Part shown: piece after piece, positions 44,148-51,425 of the stretch | Position numbering within the stretch: the stretch's first letter is position 1 | Layout of the letters: the number at the start of each line of letters is the position of its first letter | IMG/VR virus record: IMGVR_UViG_3300037297_000175 | Span: 1 to 51,425 of that record | Reading direction: 5' to 3' (one strand) | Length of the DNA stretch: 51,425 nucleotides | DNA from: a virus | Taxonomy: Duplodnaviria > Caudoviricetes | Position numbers and translations under genes: made by a program | Notes under the pieces: model-generated | Seen by the model: only the letters and a program-made list of their open reading frames with translations | What the model was told of the DNA's origin: nothing | The model's database searches: none

Positions 44148-44383
44148 AGATAGAAAGCATGCGGGCAATCATGGATGAACGCGAGCTCATTGCGAAATAC
44201 CTCAGTATGATCGCAGAAGATCACCGAACACAGGCTTCCGAAATTCGGACGTGTATCAAGCATGACTCAACCGAAATAGGATTTGATAGTTGGCACGCCC
44301 ACATGCACGAGATGCAGGCTGGCGAACTCGATCACATTGCATTCAAGATCCTATTCGGTCGCTACCTTGGGAGTGGCGAATGA
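44144..44383 (+). CDS. Hypothetical protein coupled to int
   Basis: ATGA overlap; GGAGG RBS. Confidence 0.55.
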   Translation: MKIESMRAIMDERELIAKYLSMIAEDHRTQASEIRTCIKHDSTEIGFDSWHAHMHEMQAGELDHIAFKILFGRYLGSGE

Positions 44384-45072
44384 ACACCGCCACCGCCACG
44401 CGCCCCAGCGACGAGCTGCTCGACGACTTCGCCCTCGCAGCGATGGACTTCGACGGCCTCGATGAAGGTCCGGCAGCTAAGGCTCTCCGAAAAGCGTTCA
44501 GCGCAATCCGGGAAGCCGTCATGATTGCCCGCCAGGAAGAGCAGGCGGCAGCGTGGTGGACGAAGAAGGTAAACGACTGGGTAGCCTGGTCGCGAATAAA
44601 AAAGCAGAAGACACGGCGACGTGCTGCGTCTCTGATATGTAGAGACTTCGACGATATTCCCACCGCTATCGATTTCCTCACGTGCCCCCCATTGGACAGT
44701 CTTTCTCTCCTTTCCCTGTCCGATGGGGGGCGCATCCCCACCAACGCCTACGAAGCTTTCGCCGCACGTCGGCGAGGGGCACTGGCCGATGAGCTCGAAC
44801 TCGCTGAGAGGCGAGGCCCGGTGGAGCGATACACCTACCGGTTGCGCATGCTGCGCGGACTGGGTGAGTCGAGAACGAAGATATACCGATGGCGAAGCCT
44901 TGCAGCTCAATGCGGGTTCCGTCTTCTCAACAAGTCCGCTGATACACCCCAGGAGGCGCCCCTGGGGATTCAGATTGAACCACTCGTCCGCGTTCGTCGG
45001 ACGACAACACCGGGGGTGAACAATGACGCACTATCTAGTGACGGTATGGCGCGGGCCAGAGATGGTCCGTGA
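44380..45072 (+). CDS. Hypothetical protein
   Basis: ATGA overlap. Confidence 0.55.
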   Translation: MNTATATRPSDELLDDFALAAMDFDGLDEGPAAKALRKAFSAIREAVMIARQEEQAAAWWTKKVNDWVAWSRIKKQKTRRRAASLICRDFDDIPTAIDFLTCPPLDSLSLLSLSDGGRIPTNAYEAFAARRRGALADELELAERRGPVERYTYRLRMLRGLGESRTKIYRWRSLAAQCGFRLLNKSADTPQEAPLGIQIEPLVRVRRTTTPGVNNDALSSDGMARARDGP

Positions 45073-45217
45073 GCTTTGGAACGAAATCGAAAAACATGGC
45101 CAGTGTGAGACTTCTGCAAAAGTTTACGCACTGCAACTCGAGCGAGATTTCGATGATTTCGAATACACGGTCCGACCAGTAACGGATCAGGAGCTACAGG
45201 AGGCAATAACCGCATGA
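45023..45217 (+). CDS. Hypothetical protein
   Basis: GGGGGTG RBS; packed. Confidence 0.5.
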   Translation: MTHYLVTVWRGPEMVRELWNEIEKHGQCETSAKVYALQLERDFDDFEYTVRPVTDQELQEAITA

Positions 45218-45396
45218 GGGATAGATATTACGTAATCACAGGAAGCGATGAATTTTGGTGCCCGACAAGGGCGTGCGCCAAGGAGACACAGCGAGTATTT
45301 GGCGGCGAGATCATCACTGCCGCAGAAAGGGATAGCAGATGGGCACAACAAGCAAGGAAGTTAAGGACAGCATTGCCATGCATCTCACAACGATAG
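45214..45396 (+). CDS. Hypothetical protein
   Basis: ATGA overlap. Confidence 0.5.
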   Translation: MRDRYYVITGSDEFWCPTRACAKETQRVFGGEIITAAERDSRWAQQARKLRTALPCISQR

Positions 45397-45602
45397 TTTC
45401 GGAGGCAATCGATTACTTCGAGGCCAGCGACGAAAGGATCGGGGAGGCAGTAGAGAAATTCAATCGAGCCAGGACAGGCATTCTAATGGCGATGCGGGAA
45501 TCGAACGAGATTACCCCCGGGAATCCTGTAGCGGTGAAGCTGTATGGGGCTTGCAACTTCATCGAGGAAGGTATCGAGCTGTTGACGGGGGTGAAGGCAT
45601 GA
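45378..45602 (+). CDS. Hypothetical protein
   Basis: AAGGA RBS. Confidence 0.5.
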   Translation: MHLTTIVSEAIDYFEASDERIGEAVEKFNRARTGILMAMRESNEITPGNPVAVKLYGACNFIEEGIELLTGVKA

Positions 45603-45826
45603 AGACCATGAAGCGGCTCTACAAGAAGCACACGCGCGAGCTGGTTCGTATCGGATGGAAAGATGAAACAGGGCCAGATCGAACACCAATTCTAAAATGG
45701 AGACCACGTAAAGGCCCGCATCCATCGCTGAAGACCTTTATTCGTGGAATCAGTCAATCTGAACTATCCAAAAACAAAATCAGCCTTAGTCCAAAGGTAA
45801 AGAAAATACGTGAGGTCCACAAATGA
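45599..45826 (+). CDS. Small basic hypothetical protein
   Basis: ATGA overlaps at both ends. Confidence 0.5.
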   Translation: MKTMKRLYKKHTRELVRIGWKDETGPDRTPILKWRPRKGPHPSLKTFIRGISQSELSKNKISLSPKVKKIREVHK

Positions 45827-46626
45827 ACCATCAGATATACGAAGAAATGGACGCCCTCAACTGGAGCACGCTAAAGCAAATGTCTACCTCGCCAGCGTTC
45901 ACAAAGCACCAGGCCGACCATCCCGAAGAAGCGAAAGACACGGACTCATTTCGTCTCGGGCGGGCAGTACACTGTGCGGTGTTGGAGCCGGAGAGGTTTC
46001 TGGATGAGTACATCGTGCAGCCCGACTTCGGAAACATGCGCACAAAGGCAGCCCGGGAGGCCAGAGATGGATGGCTGGCTGGCTTGCCCAAGGGTGCCGA
46101 GGTTATCAGTGGCGAAGAGTTCGAGGCGGCGACGAGGGCGGCCACGGCGGTTCATGCGCATCAGTACGCCATGGAATTACTGCGCGGCGCGAAGACAGAA
46201 CGCATTGTGCAGTGGACGCATCCAGGAACTGGAATTAAATGCAAGGGACGTCTGGACGCGATCACCGATAGGGTTGTGGACCTGAAGACAACTCGGCGTC
46301 CGACAGTGCGTGAGATCCTACGGGATGCCGCGAACTATGACTACCATGGCCAGCTCGCATGGTACCACGACGCAGCAATTCGAGCCGGGCTGATCGACGG
46401 ACACGTGCTCCCGGCAATGATTGCGATCCACATACAAAAGGGAAGCTCCTTCATTGACATCGCCGTTTTCAGTATGGGGTACGCCCCCGAGACACTGGAT
46501 GCCGGCCGCGCACTATACGAAGATCTGATCTCGCAATACGCGGGATGTCAATCAACAGAATGGTGGCCAGGTATGGCTCCGGAGGTGGTTCCATGGGAGC
46601 TCCCTTCATGGAAGATGGAGGGTTAG
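45823..46626 (+). CDS. RecE/exonuclease VIII-like PD-(D/E)xK nuclease (DUF3799)
   Basis: LNWSTLK, LGRAVHCAVLEP, CKGRLD..VDLKTT, YHGQLAWY. Confidence 0.88.
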   Translation: MNHQIYEEMDALNWSTLKQMSTSPAFTKHQADHPEEAKDTDSFRLGRAVHCAVLEPERFLDEYIVQPDFGNMRTKAAREARDGWLAGLPKGAEVISGEEFEAATRAATAVHAHQYAMELLRGAKTERIVQWTHPGTGIKCKGRLDAITDRVVDLKTTRRPTVREILRDAANYDYHGQLAWYHDAAIRAGLIDGHVLPAMIAIHIQKGSSFIDIAVFSMGYAPETLDAGRALYEDLISQYAGCQSTEWWPGMAPEVVPWELPSWKMEG

Positions 46627-46830
46627 ATGGAACGAAAAAGGAATATCATGACGGCACCAATGGTTGCGCGCATCTGTGAGTGTGATCTGAAAACAATCCA
46701 CAATTGGGTGAACAGCGGGAAGATGAATGCCTTCCGGACACCGGGCAGGCATCTCCGGTTCACCAAGGCCGATGTCGTTTCGTTCTTGCGGAAATACGGC
46801 TTCGTCGTTCCCGGGGAGTTGCTGAAATGA
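46627..46830 (+). CDS. HTH_17/MerR-like DNA-binding protein
   Basis: TAPMVARIC..KTIHNW..G..AFRTPGRHLRF. Confidence 0.8.
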   Translation: MERKRNIMTAPMVARICECDLKTIHNWVNSGKMNAFRTPGRHLRFTKADVVSFLRKYGFVVPGELLK

Positions 46831-47756
46831 CTGACTCGCACGCGATAACCACGACTGCGCCTGCGCAGATCGAGCAACAAACGAAAATGCATCCGCTGGC
46901 TATTGCCGCAATGCAAAATGATATCGACCCAGAGAGGCTGGAAAAACTCATGGCGCTTCAGGAGCGACATGAAGCACGGGAGGCGAAAAAAGCCTACACG
47001 GAATCAATGGCGCTGCTCAAGTCTGAGTTGCCAGCCGTCCTTGAACGGGATCAGAAGGTCGACTACGTCAATCGAAAAGGCATCAGGGTAACCTACACTC
47101 ACACCAGCGCAGCGTTGGCGGTGAGCGTTATTGTTCCAATCCTCTCCAAGTATGGTTTCTCGCATACCTGGATCCCCGCAACTGAAGGTGGTCTTGTCAG
47201 GGTTACCTGTCGAATAACACACCGCGATGGTCACAGCGAAGAAGCGCACCTGGAATCACCGCCAGACACCTCTGGGAACAAAGGGCCAGCGCAAGCCATA
47301 GCTTCGACGCAGACGTTGCTCAGCCGGTATACGTTATTGGGGCTGCTCGGCATCGCCACCGCAGACATGAAAGAGCCACGCCAATCAAGCGACGACAAAG
47401 TTGACGCCGCGAAAAACCTCCAGGCCGTCGCCACACTCAAACAATGCGACGTGACACTGGAGCAGGCGTGTAATCATGTCGGCAAGGACGTGCGGCAATG
47501 GACATTGGCGGATTTGGAAAAACTCAGAGAGCTCGTGAGGGCCAACCGAAAGCAACCAGCCGCCGAACCTGCCAAAACCGCAACCGACGAGTCGCGAGAG
47601 ATCGAACAGCTCCGCATAGAAGTAATCGACAAGGCCCGTGTAAAGTGGGGCGATGACGCCCTGACCAGTCTCGACAAACTCCTTCAGTCGAACGGGACAT
47701 CGTTTTCTGAGGCTGGATTGGATGCTCTCAACTGGGCGATGGAGGAAATGGAATGA
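46827..47756 (+). CDS. ERF-family single-strand annealing protein
   Basis: LEKLMALQER, PILSKYGFS, VTCRITHRDGHSEE, QAIASTQT..RYTL. Confidence 0.85.
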   Translation: MTDSHAITTTAPAQIEQQTKMHPLAIAAMQNDIDPERLEKLMALQERHEAREAKKAYTESMALLKSELPAVLERDQKVDYVNRKGIRVTYTHTSAALAVSVIVPILSKYGFSHTWIPATEGGLVRVTCRITHRDGHSEEAHLESPPDTSGNKGPAQAIASTQTLLSRYTLLGLLGIATADMKEPRQSSDDKVDAAKNLQAVATLKQCDVTLEQACNHVGKDVRQWTLADLEKLRELVRANRKQPAAEPAKTATDESREIEQLRIEVIDKARVKWGDDALTSLDKLLQSNGTSFSEAGLDALNWAMEEME

Positions 47757-48346
47757 ATACCGAACTGGCAACAATCGTAAAACAGTCCGGAATTGAACGG
47801 GCAAAACACGAAAAGCGTTTAGAAGAACAGCGCAAAGCAGAGGAGGAGCGCATTGCCCGGGAGAAAGCCGAGGCCGAAGAGCGCGCACGGATCGAGGCTG
47901 AGAATGCCCGCTTGCGGGCAGAGGCCAAAGAGCGGGAGCGTCAGCTTGCCGAAGAGCGGGAGAAGCGCGAAGCCGCAGAGAGAGCCGCGAGGGAAGCAAG
48001 GGAGGCCGCAGAGCGGGCGGAGCGGGAGAAGCGCGAAGAAGAAGCCAGGAAGGCTCGTGAAGAGGCAGAGGCGGCACAACGCGAGCTCAGGGAGAAACGG
48101 GAAGCTGAGGAGCGTGCCAAACGAGAAGAAGCGGCTCGCATTGAAGCACAGCGTAAGGCGGAGGAGGAAGAGAAGAAGCGCCTTGAGGCCGCTGGCGACA
48201 AAGAGAAACTGACTGCATTTTTCGAGCAGATCAGAGCGGTTCATACACCGTCTCTGAAGAGTGATACGGCAAATGAAATCATGGGGTTTTGGGACGAGTG
48301 TCTTGAGGCCTGCATCGAACTAACAAAAAACTTTCATAGGAGATAG
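47753..48346 (+). CDS. Charged coiled-coil protein
   Basis: E/R/A/K-rich; ends AAGDKEKL. Confidence 0.7.
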   Translation: MNTELATIVKQSGIERAKHEKRLEEQRKAEEERIAREKAEAEERARIEAENARLRAEAKERERQLAEEREKREAAERAAREAREAAERAEREKREEEARKAREEAEAAQRELREKREAEERAKREEAARIEAQRKAEEEEKKRLEAAGDKEKLTAFFEQIRAVHTPSLKSDTANEIMGFWDECLEACIELTKNFHRR

Positions 48347-48351
48347 GTAAG

Positions 48352-48705
48352 ATGAGTTGGGAACCAGTAGATGTGAATCTCATCAATCATGGCGATGTGG
48401 TGGGCCAGGTGAATCACCACATCAATGAAGCCGTCAAGGACGCCCTCGACCCGAACAAGCCGGCAAACAAGGTCCGAAGGGTGACCTTGAAGATCGAGAT
48501 CTTGCCGACAGAAGATAGGCAACAGGCGGCAATCAAAGCCACCGTCGAAACGAAATTCCCGCCCGATGTTCCCGGTGTCGACATGTTGACGATCTACCGA
48601 GATGGGAAGCGCGGATTCATCAACACCGATGAACAGCTTGATATTTTTGACCCAAAAACGGGCGAAGTACCGAGCCTGATAAGAACGGAGAAAACCAATG
48701 ATTAG
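48352..48705 (+). CDS. Conserved phage protein (replication-terminator-like family)
   Basis: DPNKPANKVRRVTLKIEILPTEDR. Confidence 0.65.
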   Translation: MSWEPVDVNLINHGDVVGQVNHHINEAVKDALDPNKPANKVRRVTLKIEILPTEDRQQAAIKATVETKFPPDVPGVDMLTIYRDGKRGFINTDEQLDIFDPKTGEVPSLIRTEKTND

Positions 48706-49393
48706 AGAGGCAATAGATAGAATTTTGGACCTACAGCGACCACCGACATTTAAAGACTGTGAGGGTGTTGAGCGAAGCACCAATAACAAGGGTGTGATAT
48801 CGCCGACAGAGATTCCGCCTACTGAGGGCTCGACGCTTGATGGGGCCATTGCGGCAGCCGAGGATCATCACTATATACAGTGTTCAATGAACAAAGTCAT
48901 CGTCTTTGGCTTCGAGCATTACAACAACCGAATGTTCCGACGCGATGTGCACATCGCAAAGCCGATCCTGCCCGACAACTTTCGATTTGGCCATGCAATG
49001 GATATCGAGAGTTTCATTATCAACACCTCAGATTTCTTCATCCGAGATGACCCCTACAAGCAGATGATTGCCGCCATCTCCTGTATCACCGACGTGCAAG
49101 AGCAGGTCATCGATGATGACGGAATATCTCAGACCGTCTCATACAAGGCCAGGGTGGGGCGCAAAGGTGAAGGAAAGCTTGAACCATTCGTGACGCTTCG
49201 TGCCTATCGCACATTCCGGGAGGTTGAACAACAGCCCGAGGCGACTTATCTGATCCGAATCGGCAAAGGACGGGACGGCCCTACGATTACGCTCCATGAG
49301 GCAAGCGGCTACGACTGGAAGATCAAATGCACCAACGCTGTCTACCAATACATCCGGGGGCACGTAGGCGACGACGTGACGGTAATCAGGTGA
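48698..49393 (+). CDS. Conserved phage protein, partner of the upstream gene
   Basis: DDGISQTV..VTLRAYRTFREVEQ..LHEASG..WK. Confidence 0.7.
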   Translation: MIREAIDRILDLQRPPTFKDCEGVERSTNNKGVISPTEIPPTEGSTLDGAIAAAEDHHYIQCSMNKVIVFGFEHYNNRMFRRDVHIAKPILPDNFRFGHAMDIESFIINTSDFFIRDDPYKQMIAAISCITDVQEQVIDDDGISQTVSYKARVGRKGEGKLEPFVTLRAYRTFREVEQQPEATYLIRIGKGRDGPTITLHEASGYDWKIKCTNAVYQYIRGHVGDDVTVIR

Positions 49394-49397
49394 TGCT

Positions 49398-49622
49398 ATG
49401 CAGCAAGTGGAAGGATACATAGCTGAAATAAGAAGCGAAGTCAGGGAATGCCTCGGATGCGGAAACCTCGTCGTTGGCGGTTCAAGCTGGTGCATGAACT
49501 GCGTCAGGGCGGCTGAAGGCCCTCGAAAGATTTTCGGCATAACAGCTGTAGGTTGGATGGTCATCTTCGTTGCGAATATGATCTGCGCTGCCGCAGCCGT
49601 GGCAATCGCCCTGCTCGCATAG
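49398..49622 (+). CDS. Zinc ribbon plus TM small protein
   Basis: CLGC..CMNC then a hydrophobic tail. Confidence 0.5.
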   Translation: MQQVEGYIAEIRSEVRECLGCGNLVVGGSSWCMNCVRAAEGPRKIFGITAVGWMVIFVANMICAAAAVAIALLA

Positions 49623-49652
49623 AACTATTATCGGAAGTAAGGAGTAGATGAA

Positions 49653-49742
49653 ATGGATGATTTGACACTACCAATAATCGCGATAGTGGCTTCGGTTATA
49701 TCACTCGCGTACAGTATTTACAGAACATATAAACCATTTTAG
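49653..49742 (+). CDS. 29-aa single-TM peptide
   Basis: AAGGAG RBS at 8-nt spacing; MDDLTLPIIAIVASVISLAYSIYRTYKPF. Confidence 0.45.
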   Translation: MDDLTLPIIAIVASVISLAYSIYRTYKPF

Positions 49743-49972
49743 CCGATAACTTCTGAACATTATCGGTAAAGGATCGATAGACACAAATTCTACGAACGGA
49801 TCGCAATCTGCCTCGACAGTCGCATGTCGCAACGAGACTCCGAGGAGGTTGCGGCCCGTGAGTTTTTCGCATCGTGCAATCTGCCGACCATAGAGGACAA
49901 GGCCGATGCTGACCGGCTCGGGTGGTCGAAGTTGAAGATATTTCGCACGATGAATCAGGAAGGATTTACGAA

Positions 49973-50317
49973 ATGGAGATAGCACACAAAGACTGGATAG
50001 AAGAAGCAAAGAAACGTTACGAAACATCAGACGATATTGCTTTCAAGTGTCCATCATGTGGACACATCGCCACGGTAAAAGAATGGAAAGACGCCGGGGC
50101 TGATGAGGGAGAGATCGGATTCTCGTGCATCGGTAGACGCATTGGCGCAAAGCGTGAGGCACTTGATTCGCAAAGCAAAAAAGGACCATGCAACTATGCC
50201 GGAGGAGGGCTGATTCGCCTTAATCCGGTCAAGATTGTTTTTGACGAAGGAAACGCGACGTCGGTTTTTGATTTTGCTGATGACCCGCTGTGTGTAGGCA
50301 ACCAAAGCCTACCGTGA
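49973..50317 (+). CDS. VVA0879-family protein
   Basis: FKCPSCGH..FSCIGR..GPCNYAGGGL..LNPV..FDFA. Confidence 0.75.
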   Translation: MEIAHKDWIEEAKKRYETSDDIAFKCPSCGHIATVKEWKDAGADEGEIGFSCIGRRIGAKREALDSQSKKGPCNYAGGGLIRLNPVKIVFDEGNATSVFDFADDPLCVGNQSLP

Positions 50318-50337
50318 TTACAAGGAGAGGCATCCCG

Positions 50338-51225
50338 ATGAAAACCCGTAAACAATGGCTGAAAGAACGGAAACGTTTCATCACCGCCTCGGACGTAGCC
50401 GCAGTGCTTGGAGTGGCGACCGCATTCAAAAACATCCTCGACGTTTACATGGACAAAACAACCGAGGACGTCAAGGAGAACGACAGCCCGATTCTGCGAT
50501 ACGGCCATTACATGGAGCCTTTCACGGCCGAGCTCTACGCCGAGCAGACAGGCCGTGAGGTGCGCGACCCGGGGGCAACGGAGATCGCCGTCCACCCAGA
50601 CATCCCTTGGCTTGGGGCCACATTGGATCGAGAGACGCTTGTGGACGGCCGCTGGATACCACTGGAGATAAAGCAGGTCAATGACCCTCGCTACATCTTT
50701 CGTGCGGCTGAGTGGGCAGAGGAGCCGCCCGAACAGTACTGGATACAGTGTCAGACACAGGCGGCCTGTAAACAAATGGACTTGTGCGCTATCACCGGTC
50801 AGTTCCCGGGGTGCATGCTCGCCAACGCCGATCTGGAGTTTGACGGGGAGTTTTTCGAACTGGCGTATCCGGTGCTCGATGAGTTTTGGAACTACAATGT
50901 AAAGAAGCGGATCCCTCCCGAGGTGCCCGACCATCCGAAGGCACTGGATTCTCTGAAGCGACTCTATCCAAAGGAGAACGGCTGGACCGTCACCCTCAAT
51001 GACAACGCGCTCCAGTTGGCCAACGATATGCGCGCCCTCAGAGCGGAAGCGCGCGAGAACGACAAAGAGGCAAAGCGGATCGAAGCGATACTGAGAGGGC
51101 AGATGGGAGAGGCTTCTTATGGCTCTTTGAGAGACGGAACAGTCCTTCAACTTACCACGGTCAATCGGAAGGGCTACACCGTTGAGCCCAAAAGTTTCCG
51201 TCAGATGACAAGAAAGAGATACTGA
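50338..51225 (+). CDS. YqaJ/lambda-exonuclease family protein
   Basis: WLKERKRFITASDVAAVLG, GHYMEP, HPDIPWLGATLD, LEIK, YWIQCQTQ. Confidence 0.9.
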   Translation: MKTRKQWLKERKRFITASDVAAVLGVATAFKNILDVYMDKTTEDVKENDSPILRYGHYMEPFTAELYAEQTGREVRDPGATEIAVHPDIPWLGATLDRETLVDGRWIPLEIKQVNDPRYIFRAAEWAEEPPEQYWIQCQTQAACKQMDLCAITGQFPGCMLANADLEFDGEFFELAYPVLDEFWNYNVKKRIPPEVPDHPKALDSLKRLYPKENGWTVTLNDNALQLANDMRALRAEARENDKEAKRIEAILRGQMGEASYGSLRDGTVLQLTTVNRKGYTVEPKSFRQMTRKRY

Positions 51226-51226
51226 G

Positions 51227-51425
51227 ATGAAAACAACATACATCACATTCAAACGGGAGATGGCGCGCGCCTATGCAAAGGGTCGGAAGCGGATGACGCG
51301 AAGAGTCCTAAAGGTTCGGAAGCAAGGTGGAAAGATGGGACATCCTGAGCCTCCATGGCAAGTCGAAGAGGATGGAAAGCTATACTATCAGGACGAATAC
51401 GGTGATTATCATCCAGCCGATGATT
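51227..51425 (+). CDS. 5' part of the ASCH-like gene (alternative allele), continuing at 752 on the circle
   Basis: MKTTYITFKREMARAYAKGRKRMTRR versus MKYLTFKREMARAYADGRKRMTRR at 559. Confidence 0.85.
   Translation, partial: MKTTYITFKREMARAYAKGRKRMTRRVLKVRKQGGKMGHPEPPWQVEEDGKLYYQDEYGDYHPADD
51248..51425 (+). repeat. Copy 2 of the 178-bp repeat; 51299-51425 is identical to 625-751
   Basis: Direct comparison. Confidence 0.95.

Noticed and set aside
50194-51252. 352-aa minus-strand ORF, and similarly 47385-48077 and 13592-14278
   Set aside because: Antisense shadows of clear genes in GC-rich coding sequence.
51248-51425. Biological direct terminal repeat, or a DGR template/variable repeat pair with 574-751
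   Set aside because: The exact part is 127 bp (k-mer sized) and does not start at position 1; mismatches are not adenine-specific on one copy; no reverse transcriptase is present.
1-51425. Stop-codon reassignment or a hypermodified-base pathway
   Set aside because: Core genes are full length in the standard code using all three stops; no purZ, queuosine-pathway or phage DNA polymerase genes were recognised.

Overview
The window holds an apparently complete temperate tailed phage genome: a circle of about 50,674 bp (625-51298), closed by a 127-bp exact overlap, plus a 624-bp divergent branch at the start. It pairs a lambda-type head module (TerS, gpA-type TerL, gpW, portal, S49 protease, gpD-like, gpE-like) with a Mu-type contractile tail and baseplate. 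A tyrosine integrase sits next to an attP made of the 3' half of tRNA-Arg(ACG), and the genome is organised as two arms diverging from that attP. The rightward arm carries int, a RecE-like exonuclease, ERF, YqaJ, an ASCH-like gene, HNH and DUF5131. The leftward arm carries an Xis-like HTH, an initiator with iterons, a loader-like gene, an SLT, two methyltransferases, lipoproteins, a candidate cos, and the head and tail genes. No CI-type repressor is recognisable. The main points of interest are: (1) an antisense cassette between TerL and gpW with a palindrome-overlapped promoter and small ORFs each led by a conserved, covarying hairpin-RBS leader, a candidate anti-defence array; (2) an attP-centred, apparently repressor-less switch; (3) an HNH gene that seems to have replaced the 3' end of its target gene; (4) a GT25 glycosyltransferase inside the tail-fibre module; (5) a tail-terminator-like domain fused to ten 21-aa repeats. 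A Myxococcota/deltaproteobacterial host is a tentative inference from the Asp/Thr-repeat lipoprotein and integrase style. All product calls come from motif recognition and gene order; no database searches were run.
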